From the sequence record SRR31156797_381: 64,000 bases of DNA, one strand, 5' to 3'. The notes below the pieces were generated by a model. That model did no database searches and was not told the origin of the DNA. It saw nothing but the letters and a program-made list of their open reading frames with translations. A program made the translations under genes and the position numbers. This document shows positions 43,767 to 52,687 of this stretch, one piece after another (the stretch's first letter is position 1; each line of letters begins with the position of its first letter).

Positions 43767-44372
43767 CTATTGTCCTCTCATCCTTAACGCCAATGTTATC
43801 AATTCCTCCACACTGTCAACCTCAACAGTAACTTTGGATACAGCCTTGCTTGCCTCCATTGACGAAAAGCCTAATGCCATCATTGCCTGAATTGCCTCAG
43901 ATGCTATATTGTTTCCGCCTGCTGACGATACAACATCTCCAGTGCTTTTTACTCCTAATTCCAGTTCCTCTTGGTCAACCTTTTCCTTTAATTCTAATAT
44001 CATTCGCTTGGCAGTCTTTGCACCGATGCCCTTAACCTTTGTTATCGATTTAATGTCTTCGGTAACTAGAGCTATTGCTAACTGTGATGTGTTCATAGCA
44101 GAGAGTACAGCAAGAGCCGTTTTTGCCCCGATACCAGAAACAGATGTTATTTTGTTAAACATCTTTCTCTCTTCTTTTGTAGCAAAGCCAAATAGGGTCA
44201 TGGAGTCTTCTCTGACAATCAGCTGGGTATAGAGCAATTGCTCCTCACCGGAAGGTTTGACCTTTTCTATTGTAGATGTAGAGCTTAATAGCTGATATCC
44301 GATGCCATTTGCTTCAATCACTACCATATCGCTTAATTTTGCTACTACTATCCCTTTTATAAATTCAATCAT
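43767..44372 (-). CDS. ruvA: Holliday junction branch migration protein RuvA
   Basis: [29 protein letters not shown]. Confidence 0.97.
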   Translation of the reverse strand: MIEFIKGIVVAKLSDMVVIEANGIGYQLLSSTSTIEKVKPSGEEQLLYTQLIVREDSMTLFGFATKEERKMFNKITSVSGIGAKTALAVLSAMNTSQLAIALVTEDIKSITKVKGIGAKTAKRMILELKEKVDQEELELGVKSTGDVVSSAGGNNIASEAIQAMMALGFSSMEASKAVSKVTVEVDSVEELITLALRMRGQ

Positions 44373-44379
44373 TTCTTAC

Positions 44380-44880
44380 CTATTTTATCTTAAATATTTC
44401 CTTCATGTTGCATACCTGAGAGTGACAAAGTGCTATTGCCAAAGCATCCGCTGCATCATCCGGCTTTGGTATCTTGTCCATATTAAGAAGTACCTTTACC
44501 ATCTGCTGAACCTGCATTTTATCTGCATGCCCATATCCGCACACAGCTTGCTTCACCTGCATTGGAGTATATTCATAAAGATTATCTGAGCCAATAAGAT
44601 TATTACCAGCTATTACGCAGACACCCCTCGCCTGCCCTACATCAATGCCAGTTGTTACATTACGATAAAAGAAAAGCTCCTCATAAGCAATATTATCAGG
44701 CTTATGGCAATTAATAAGCTCTGTAATATCCTCATATATTATGGAGAGACGCTTGGGCAAAGGCATTTTGGCAGGGGTTGATATAATGCCATAATCTATA
44801 AGCCTTGTACATCTGTTATTCTTTTCTACGACTCCGAAGCCAATAGTCGCCAGCCCGGGGTCAATACCTAGAATTATCAT
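44380..44880 (-). CDS. ruvC: Crossover junction endodeoxyribonuclease RuvC
   Basis: ILGIDPG, QARGV, PDDAADALA. Confidence 0.97.
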   Translation of the reverse strand: MIILGIDPGLATIGFGVVEKNNRCTRLIDYGIISTPAKMPLPKRLSIIYEDITELINCHKPDNIAYEELFFYRNVTTGIDVGQARGVCVIAGNNLIGSDNLYEYTPMQVKQAVCGYGHADKMQVQQMVKVLLNMDKIPKPDDAADALAIALCHSQVCNMKEIFKIK

Positions 44881-45029
44881 TATAATATTGTATCATATTA
44901 TTGTTGGTTAATGCTAGTCATTTTGTTGCACAATACAGAACATTTAATTCTAATAAAAAAAGAAGCAACATAAAGCACTTCTTTCAAATTATATAGTATT
45001 AACAATTGAATAACCAATTGCATTCATCA

Positions 45030-45953
45030 TTACTTTTTCAAAATATATGGAATATCTGTGCATATTGGTTCGAATCCTAATCGTTTATAAAATACCTGAT
45101 CAGAGCCTACATACATTTTTATTGCTCCCAAATCAATACTTCTGTTAATTAATTCATTGATTACTGCCCTGCCAAGACCTTTCTTTTGTTCAGAAACAAT
45201 TGTACCTACCGGTTCAAGTATAGCAATTTCATTTTTACTATCAAACCATGCATTAGCAAATGATCCAACACTCCCATTATCGTTTAGTACAAACAAATCC
45301 AATTCTGTGCGATAATCAGGCTGTAGTCTCATAGCATCAAAGCCTATAGCACAATTTAACTTAAGCTTTTCATCTGCATCATACCCAAATGCCAAGCGAT
45401 GTGAATCAGAACGTTCAGTACTTGAAACCTCATCTCTGTTTACGATACAGTAACCTTTTGGCAGGATTACATCTCTCTTATAATCAATTAACAATACTGA
45501 TGCCTTCTCTTCCCAATCACCCTTTTTGTATCCTCTTTTCTTTGCTATATCAGCAGCCTTTTGATTTTCCTTCGCTATACGTAATATGACTTCCATGTTA
45601 CCATCTTTTTTAATCATTAAATTAGTTTCTACAAAGTCAAACATTTCATTTAATACAGAAGCAGGCAAATCATATGTTGAAATCTGAAAAAATGCTTCTC
45701 CTCTAAGTTCTCCCTCTGTGTTTACTATGGCTATCAGTTCATCATCAGCGTACCATAGTCGATTATGTTCCTCAAAGTATTTATCGTCAGTTCCATTCAT
45801 TGCAGCAGAAACGGTAATAGTAAACTCCAGTCTGTCAATAAACCAATTGGGAGATATATCAAAAGTCTTATAGTGTCTTATAAGAAAATTTCTGACCTCT
45901 AAATATCTATCCATTGTCATTTGCATACTAGTAATCCTGCAGTTTTCATACAT
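45030..45953 (-). CDS. GNAT family acetyltransferase
   Basis: LEPVGT...QKKGLGRA...FYKRLGF; GAGGAGG RBS. Confidence 0.8.
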   Translation of the reverse strand: MYENCRITSMQMTMDRYLEVRNFLIRHYKTFDISPNWFIDRLEFTITVSAAMNGTDDKYFEEHNRLWYADDELIAIVNTEGELRGEAFFQISTYDLPASVLNEMFDFVETNLMIKKDGNMEVILRIAKENQKAADIAKKRGYKKGDWEEKASVLLIDYKRDVILPKGYCIVNRDEVSSTERSDSHRLAFGYDADEKLKLNCAIGFDAMRLQPDYRTELDLFVLNDNGSVGSFANAWFDSKNEIAILEPVGTIVSEQKKGLGRAVINELINRSIDLGAIKMYVGSDQVFYKRLGFEPICTDIPYILKK

Positions 45954-46012
45954 TATATTTTCCTCCTCTTACGATATCTTGGTCCTTAACGTATATCACA
46001 ACTACTCTAATA

Positions 46013-46041
46013 TTGCTAATTCCTACATCCCATAGTATAAT
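46013..46041 (+). promoter_or_regulatory. SigA promoter for the raiA-motif RNA
   Basis: TTGCTA-17 bp-TATAAT ending 7 nt before the terminal helix. Confidence 0.75.
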
Positions 46042-46048
46042 GAGTAGC

Positions 46049-46255
46049 ATCTTTGCAGGTCTGTGATTGAAAGTCGATGCTAGTCGCGGGCAAAACGATC
46101 CACATAAGCTGATAAAAATATCAGTGAGCATGGCGCGGTTTAGAGGTAAGTCCAGCCTTGGGAGACCAAGAGAGGTGAGGCGTGATGGGAATACACCCTA
46201 AGCAAGACACTCAGCTGGCGGGTGTGGGGTCAAAAATCAGGTCAGCTGCAAAGAT
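46049..46255 (+). ncRNA. raiA motif RNA
   Basis: GC-rich island closed by ATCTTTGCAG/CTGCAAAGAT; signature strings TTGAAAGTCGATGC, GGCAAAACGATCCAC, TGAGCATGG, GTAAGTCC and GTGTGGGGTCAAA..CAGGTCA match the family as I recall it. Confidence 0.88.
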
Positions 46256-46264
46256 TATTTTTTA

Positions 46265-46823
46265 TCAGTTTTTTATAGTCATTGACTCACGTCTATTATA
46301 CTCCCGCTCTAATAATGCATATTGATATGAGCTAAACCATAAAGGATTGCCATATTCATCTGCCTTAAAGAACATATTGTCAATCCTTGTGGCTTCTCTG
46401 CGAAAATTCACCCTCTCAAGCAATCTCCATGATGCCATATTCTCAGTATTGCAATATGCTATTATTCTGTGTGCTTTAAGTGAATTAAATAAATAGTTTA
46501 ACAGGCATATGACTGCTTCAGTTGCATACCCCTTGCCTTGGTAGTGCTTATTAAATACAAACCCTATCCCATATGTATCTACTTTTTCTGGAGTTATTTT
46601 ATTAAAGTACAAGTTACCAATTAACTTGCCTGTACCCTTTAGACATACCACAATAAATGAAGGATTATCTGCCGGTTATCACTTCGTCCTCTGCCATATC
46701 CAAAGTAAATGGTTCATATGGCTCATATAGTACTACATCTGCGTCAGATAAATATTCATACAAATCATCTTTATCGCTGGACATAAATCTTCGGAGACTT
46801 AGACGCTTGCTTACTAATATCAT
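46265..46823 (-). pseudogene. RimJ/RimL-type GNAT acetyltransferase, frameshifted
   Basis: ATG 46823 MILVSKRLSLRRF...EDEVITGR* (TAA 46665-46667); continues in another frame as ADNPSFIVVCLKGTGKLIG...QGKGYATEA...NMASWRLLER. Confidence 0.78.
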
Positions 46824-46855
46824 TATGTATCTCTTTACTAAACAAATAGTACTTT

Positions 46856-47599
46856 CTATTCTTTAGGCTTTCTCTTAATCTTATCCCACATTTTATATGT
46901 ATGCGGTTTTTTAATCGCCAGCATAATATATTTCTGTGCATCATGGCCTTCAGCGAATTTATCCAAAAGCTTTATCAATTCTTTCATATCCTGCCGTTTT
47001 GTTTCTCCGTCAGCTGGACATTGAGATTTGATAATTGGCAGACTATTTCGCTTCTGAGCGAGAATAACTTCCTTTTCTGAAGCATATATCATAGGACGTA
47101 TCTGGGTAATATCTGCCCTGTCCATATATGTCAATGGTGCAAATGTATTCAGCCTGCCTTCATACAGCAATCCCATCAAAAACGTCTCAACTACATCATC
47201 TCTGTGATGCCCTAGTGCAATTTTATTAATATCATAACGCTTACAGACATCATGAATAGCACCCCTTCGCATCTTTGAGCACAACGAGCAGGGATTCTTT
47301 TCCTGTCTGCTTTCAAAAACTACACTATAAATATTTGTCTTTTCCACATGATACGGGATATCCCATTCATCGCACAAATCCTGTACAACCTGAGTATTCA
47401 TATTCTCTTCTATTCCCATATCTATGGTTATTGCATGTAGTTCGAACTCGGCTTTGGAAAAATATCTAAACAGGTGCATTGCCTTTAGCAGCACCATGGA
47501 GTCTTTGCCGCCAGAAACCCCAACGGCAATTCTATCTCCATCTTGTATCATATCAAAGTCTTCAACTGCTCTCCTGATGCAGCTTAGAATATATCTCAT
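46856..47599 (-). CDS. ttcA: tRNA 2-thiocytidine biosynthesis protein TtcA family
   Basis: SGGKDS PP-loop, PCSLCSKMRRG, GHHRDD. Confidence 0.88.
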   Translation of the reverse strand: MRYILSCIRRAVEDFDMIQDGDRIAVGVSGGKDSMVLLKAMHLFRYFSKAEFELHAITIDMGIEENMNTQVVQDLCDEWDIPYHVEKTNIYSVVFESRQEKNPCSLCSKMRRGAIHDVCKRYDINKIALGHHRDDVVETFLMGLLYEGRLNTFAPLTYMDRADITQIRPMIYASEKEVILAQKRNSLPIIKSQCPADGETKRQDMKELIKLLDKFAEGHDAQKYIMLAIKKPHTYKMWDKIKRKPKE

Positions 47600-47602
47600 A
47601 CA

Positions 47603-49438
47603 TTAAATTCCTAAAACTATATTTTCCTGCTCCTGTTTGAACTGATTAGTGTACAGATTATAATAATGACCATTGTTTTCTAGCAGTTCTTCATGTGTAC
47701 CGTCTTCAATTATCTTGCCCTTTGAGATAACCAATATTCTGTCAGCATGTCGTATAGTTGACAGGCGGTGAGCAATGATGAAACTGGTTCTGCCCTGTAA
47801 TACTTTTTCAATCGCAGACTGAATAATTGCTTCTGTCTCAGTATCAATAGAGCTTGTTGCCTCATCCAATACAAACAGTGCAGGATCAGCAAGTATAGCA
47901 CGAGCAAAGGAAATAAGCTGTTTCTCACCCGTTGAGAGCTTACTTCCGCCTTCACCTACTACTGAATCGTATCCATGAGACATTCTCTCGATGAAGTCAT
48001 GAGCATTTACCATCTTTGCAGCTTCTATTACCTGCTCTTTAGTAGCATTTAGATTACCATAAGCAATATTATCATATATCGTACCAGAAAACAGGAATGG
48101 CGTCTGCAGCACGTAGCCTAAATTTGAGTGCAGCCATATCTGGGAACGCTCTCTGTAGTCAACTCCATCAATCAGCACTTCACCCTTTGTTGGTTCATAG
48201 AATCTGCACAGCAGATTTACAATTGTACTCTTTCCGCTTCCTGTCTCTCCGACTAAGGCTATAGTATCTCCCTTATTTACATTCAGATTAAAGTCTTCGA
48301 GCACTTTTTCGCCGGTTTTATACTTGAAGTCTATGTCCTTAAACTGGATATTACCCTCTAACTTTTCCCAGTTTTCTTTCTTTAGATTAATTTCATCACC
48401 ATATTTCGCTATAACATCATCTCTGTCAATAATATCACTGCTAGATTCAACTAATCCCAGAACTCTTTCTGCGGCAGCCTGTGAAGACTGAAGTTCACCA
48501 AAGATTCTGGCAATCTGGTAAATAGGTTCAAAAAACATAGCTGACATTGAGATGAAGAAATTCAGTTCACCGTACATGATAGCCTTATCCAACACCTGCT
48601 CGCCGCCAACAAACAGCATTACAGCAGTTGCAATTGCACCAATAGTCATAACAATAGGCATGTATATTGATGATACTGTAGCTGCCTTAATAGATGCTCT
48701 TCTCATTCCTGTTGTCAATCCGTCAAATTCCTCGAAGTTTTTATCCTCACGCATCAGGGTCTTTGTAGTGCGTGCACCCATTATACCCTCGTTAAATGCT
48801 GATGTTATCTTTGAATTCATTTTCTTAACACGTCTTTGATATTTCAAGATTATTGTACTAAAATATCCTGACGCGAATGCTATAGGAATAATTACAGCAA
48901 TTATTATCAATGCCAGTTTCCAGTTAATAATCAGCATTCCAATTAATGCTGCAATCATGAAGAACACGCCCCATACAATATCTACTAATGCCCATGCAAT
49001 AGTCTCCCCTAGTCTGTAGGCATCTGCCGTCATTCTTGCCATAATAAACCCAACAGGTGTTACGTCATAATATGACAGCGATAGTTTCTGCAATTTATCG
49101 AAAGCATCATTTCTGATATCATATGTAATATGAGTCTCCAGAATTCCTGCCTTAAAAATAAAGAAAAAGACTAAAACTCCTGCAACAAGTCCAATAGCCA
49201 GATATCCTATTGCAAAATTAGTTAAACCAGTACTGTCTCCTGCAATTACAAATTCGTCCAATGCATAGGACCTCATATATGGCAGGACTACGTCTACTAC
49301 AGCCATTACTATCATAGCTATACTCATCAATATCAGATGTTTTTTGTGGTTCATAGCATAGGTTAAGAGTTTACCCCAGGTTTTTATCTCAACCTTTTTA
49401 TATTCAAATTCCTCTTCATAGTAATTCATCGTATCCAC
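47603..49438 (-). CDS. Heterodimeric ABC exporter, TMD+NBD (consensus NBD)
   Basis: GETGSGKST, LSTGEKQ, LDEATS, AHRLSTI. Confidence 0.92.
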   Translation of the reverse strand: MDTMNYYEEEFEYKKVEIKTWGKLLTYAMNHKKHLILMSIAMIVMAVVDVVLPYMRSYALDEFVIAGDSTGLTNFAIGYLAIGLVAGVLVFFFIFKAGILETHITYDIRNDAFDKLQKLSLSYYDVTPVGFIMARMTADAYRLGETIAWALVDIVWGVFFMIAALIGMLIINWKLALIIIAVIIPIAFASGYFSTIILKYQRRVKKMNSKITSAFNEGIMGARTTKTLMREDKNFEEFDGLTTGMRRASIKAATVSSIYMPIVMTIGAIATAVMLFVGGEQVLDKAIMYGELNFFISMSAMFFEPIYQIARIFGELQSSQAAAERVLGLVESSSDIIDRDDVIAKYGDEINLKKENWEKLEGNIQFKDIDFKYKTGEKVLEDFNLNVNKGDTIALVGETGSGKSTIVNLLCRFYEPTKGEVLIDGVDYRERSQIWLHSNLGYVLQTPFLFSGTIYDNIAYGNLNATKEQVIEAAKMVNAHDFIERMSHGYDSVVGEGGSKLSTGEKQLISFARAILADPALFVLDEATSSIDTETEAIIQSAIEKVLQGRTSFIIAHRLSTIRHADRILVISKGKIIEDGTHEELLENNGHYYNLYTNQFKQEQENIVLGI

Positions 49439-49443
49439 CTCCT

Positions 49444-51225
49444 TTATTCGGTAGCTGTCTGTATTTTCCAGATTCTTGAGTAAAGACCAGGTTCATTGAC
49501 CAGCTTATCATGTGTACCCTCCTGAACTATCCTGCCATCATCCAGAACCAAAATCTTGTCTGCCTCTTTCAGGGTAGTTATTCTATGGGAAATAATGAAT
49601 GTAGTCACACCCTTTTGTCTGTCTCTCAATTCACGTCGTATTTTCTTATCTGTTTCAGTATCAACGGCTGAAAGCGAATCGTCAAAGATTAATATGTCAC
49701 TGTCCCTTAATACTGTTCTGGCAATTGCCACTCTCTGCTTTTGTCCGCCTGACAATGTAACTCCACGCTCACCAACCATGGTATCGTATCCATGCTCGAA
49801 GCCTTGAATAACATCATGAACAGAAGCTATCCTTGCGGCTTTATATATTGCTTCCTTATCTCTTTCATTCTGGGTTATTCCTATATTATCTTCAATACTT
49901 CTGGAATAAAGAAATGGTTCCTGCAGTACAATGCCGATTCTTTTCCTCAAGTGGTTCTTGTCAATATCACGAATATCCACACCACCTATAGTTATTGAAC
50001 CACCATCAATATCATATAGTCTCTGCATAAGCTGAACTATTGTAGACTTACCAGTACCTGTCGCACCAAGGATTGCAATAGTTTCACCGCTTTTAGCCTT
50101 GAATGATACATCTTTTAATACCACATTGTCATCATATCCAAAGTGAACATTTTTATATTCTATATCTTCATCCAGAAGCACAACAAGAGGATTTGTACCA
50201 TTCTCTTCCCTCTTTTGAGTCATTATTTCATCCAGTCTGCCTGCTGCTATCAATGCTTTGCCAATATCTGATAGTATTCTGCCAAACTGTCTGATTGGCC
50301 AAATCATCATCATAACATAGGAAATAAAAACAATGTATTGCCCTGCTGTAATGTCACCTCTAATAGTGAATAATATCCCCAATACCATGCTGATAATTGT
50401 CTGTATACTAACCATACCATCAGAACCACCGTAAAAGAAACCGAAATATGAGATAAGTTTTAGTACCTTGTCTCTTAAGTCAACACTGGTTTCCATAAAC
50501 TTTTTACGTTCAAATTCCTGCCTTCCAAAGGCTCGAACTACACGAACACCAGTCAGTCCCTCCTGCAAAATGGTAGAAAGTTTACCATCTGATTCTTCTA
50601 CCAATGTAAACTGTTGCTGTACTTTCTTAAAAAACAATATTGAAAACAGTACAATAAACGGCATAAGTATAAGAGATGCCAGTGTTAAGTATCCGTTAAT
50701 AGGTATCAGAATCACAAGTGCAATAACTATCATAGTAACTACCCTGACAAATTCAGTCATCTGAATAGCTAGGAACTTTCGTACCGTTTCCACATCCGTT
50801 GTACATCTCTGTATCAAATCACCTGTTTCTGTATTTACATGATAATCATATGGAAGCCTCTGCAAATGGTCATACAGAGAATTTTTCATCTTCCTTACTG
50901 TATTTTCACTACCAACAGCAACAAATCTTCCACGAACATATAACGCAAATGACCTTACAGCCATTATCGCAAAGAAAACTACTGCCAGTATCCATAGATT
51001 GCCTAGTAGAGCTTCCTGTCCGCCGCAAGCATCTACAAACTTTAGTATTACTGCGGGATATTCCAATTGATCAACTCTGGTCAACAGGTCTATAAGCAAT
51101 GCAACTATTAATGGTCCTAAGAAGTTAAAATAGTTTTCAAGTGTAACTCCTATAAAGCCTATCAGGAATTTCCCTCTAGAACCTTTAGTATACTCATATA
51201 TAAATTTTAATTTTCGTCTATTCAT
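49444..51225 (-). CDS. Heterodimeric ABC exporter, TMD+NBD (degenerate Walker B)
   Basis: GATGTGKST, LSGGQKQ, FDDSLSAVD, SHR. Confidence 0.92.
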   Translation of the reverse strand: MNRRKLKFIYEYTKGSRGKFLIGFIGVTLENYFNFLGPLIVALLIDLLTRVDQLEYPAVILKFVDACGGQEALLGNLWILAVVFFAIMAVRSFALYVRGRFVAVGSENTVRKMKNSLYDHLQRLPYDYHVNTETGDLIQRCTTDVETVRKFLAIQMTEFVRVVTMIVIALVILIPINGYLTLASLILMPFIVLFSILFFKKVQQQFTLVEESDGKLSTILQEGLTGVRVVRAFGRQEFERKKFMETSVDLRDKVLKLISYFGFFYGGSDGMVSIQTIISMVLGILFTIRGDITAGQYIVFISYVMMMIWPIRQFGRILSDIGKALIAAGRLDEIMTQKREENGTNPLVVLLDEDIEYKNVHFGYDDNVVLKDVSFKAKSGETIAILGATGTGKSTIVQLMQRLYDIDGGSITIGGVDIRDIDKNHLRKRIGIVLQEPFLYSRSIEDNIGITQNERDKEAIYKAARIASVHDVIQGFEHGYDTMVGERGVTLSGGQKQRVAIARTVLRDSDILIFDDSLSAVDTETDKKIRRELRDRQKGVTTFIISHRITTLKEADKILVLDDGRIVQEGTHDKLVNEPGLYSRIWKIQTATE

Positions 51226-51307
51226 TTCTTTCCCCTTATTTAAAAGCTCTTTTTAAGCTGATTATGAATTATTATTTGTGTCAGTCTGCTTATTCTAAAA
51301 AATGCAC

Positions 51308-51339
51308 AAAAAAGCCACAGGGTCTTAACCTGTGGCTTC
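51308..51339 (-). terminator. Attenuator terminator in ABC exporter leader
   Basis: GAAGCCACAGG-TTAAGAC-CCTGTGGC-TTTTTT between the promoter and the first gene. Confidence 0.85.
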
Positions 51340-51362
51340 ACATAACAAAATAGAACTGTTAT

Positions 51363-51434
51363 CTAAAATAACACAGCAGACCGACTCGTATTCATCATTA
51401 ACGCACCTAATGGATATCTTTTTTCATTATTCAT
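51363..51434 (-). CDS. Putative leader peptide MNNEKRYPLGALMMNTSRSAVLF (23 aa)
   Basis: AAAGGAG RBS, ATG 51434, TAG 51363-51365; lies between the promoter and the terminator. Confidence 0.65.
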   Translation of the reverse strand: MNNEKRYPLGALMMNTSRSAVLF

Positions 51435-51467
51435 TAAATCGGTCTCCTTTCTTAAAAATTCTTATTT

Positions 51468-51496
51468 ATCATATCAGAATATACTAATAAAAGCAA
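51468..51496 (-). promoter_or_regulatory. SigA promoter for leader + ABC exporter
   Basis: TTGCTT-17 bp-TATGAT with extended -10 TG. Confidence 0.7.
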
Positions 51497-51502
51497 GAGG
51501 AA

Positions 51503-51841
51503 TTATATCATTTTTTCATTTAATTTTTTTCCGGCTAAAATATGCCAGTGTAAATGATTTACTGTCTGTCCTCCGTCCACTCCCGTATTAATAATCAGTC
51601 GGAATCCACCTTCCTGCAAACCTAGTTTCTCAGTAACTTTATATACACCTGCAGTAATATCATTTAATATATCTCTTTCATCTACACATCCTAGTATATT
51701 TTCGACATGCTTTTTGGGAATCACCAGTACATGAATAGGTGCCTGCGGTGAAATATCATTGATACAAATTACTTTGTCATCTTCATAAACTATAGTTGAT
51801 GGAATCTCTTTATTAACTATTTTACAAAAAATACAATCCAT
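51503..51841 (-). CDS. Histidine triad (HIT) nucleotide-binding protein
   Basis: DCIFCKI, GQTVNHLHWHIL. Confidence 0.95.
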   Translation of the reverse strand: MDCIFCKIVNKEIPSTIVYEDDKVICINDISPQAPIHVLVIPKKHVENILGCVDERDILNDITAGVYKVTEKLGLQEGGFRLIINTGVDGGQTVNHLHWHILAGKKLNEKMI

Positions 51842-51853
51842 AATATCCTCTTT

Positions 51854-52687
51854 CTACATATTATTCTTAATCTTATATATTATACCACATATTTTGTCTA
51901 ATTGCTCAATACTTAGGCGTTCTGCTCGAATGTCTTTTGCAATACCAATAGCTGCAAACTGTTCCTCTATAATGGATTTCTCAATACCAAAATCATTGCT
52001 TAGATTTTTGGCAAACTGCTTTCTTCTATTGGTAAATCCGCTCCTGACTATTTTCCTGAAGTCATCAATGTCCGATTTTATTATCATTTCATCATACATC
52101 TGCAGATTTAATAATGAGGAAACCACACTTGGCTGAGGTGAAAATACATGAGGTGGCAAGTCGAATTCTTTAGTAGGATTTGCTCTTATCTGAGTCATAA
52201 TGGTTAGTACACCATAGTCCTTGCTGCCCTCTTTTGCTGTAATTCTCTTTGCAACTTCTCTCTGCATCAATAGCCGCATATTTTTAATAGGTAAATTAGA
52301 ATCCAAGAGTTTCATCATCACAGGGGTTGTAATATAATAGGGCAAATTAGCCGCAACGGAAAATTCACCCATTATTTCGTCATTATATAATTTATCCAAA
52401 TCACATTTCATAAAATCCAGATTAACAAGATGGAAATTATCAAATTCAGTCATAGTTTTATCAAGGAATTCACACATTCTAGTATCAATCTCCACAGCAA
52501 TGACTTTATCACATATTTTGCATAATTCTCTGGTTAATCCGCCTGGACCTGGACCGATTTCCAAGCAGATTCCCTTCTTATCTCCAGCAATCTTTCTTAA
52601 AATGTTTTCATCATATATAAAGTTCTGACCAAGAGATTTTTTGGCAATCAGTCCATGTTCATAAACCAGTGATTTCAGATTAGTCAT
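51854..52687 (-). CDS. rsmA: 16S rRNA m6(2)A1518/1519 dimethyltransferase
   Basis: KKSLGQNF, EIGPGPG, ANLPYYIT. Confidence 0.95.
   Translation of the reverse strand: MTNLKSLVYEHGLIAKKSLGQNFIYDENILRKIAGDKKGICLEIGPGPGGLTRELCKICDKVIAVEIDTRMCEFLDKTMTEFDNFHLVNLDFMKCDLDKLYNDEIMGEFSVAANLPYYITTPVMMKLLDSNLPIKNMRLLMQREVAKRITAKEGSKDYGVLTIMTQIRANPTKEFDLPPHVFSPQPSVVSSLLNLQMYDEMIIKSDIDDFRKIVRSGFTNRRKQFAKNLSNDFGIEKSIIEEQFAAIGIAKDIRAERLSIEQLDKICGIIYKIKNNM

Noticed and set aside
45946-46131. 61-aa minus-strand ORF
   Set aside because: Antisense to the raiA-motif RNA and its promoter; no RBS or recognisable motif
46657-46866. 69-aa plus-strand ORF
   Set aside because: Shadow of the frameshifted GNAT N-terminus on the minus strand
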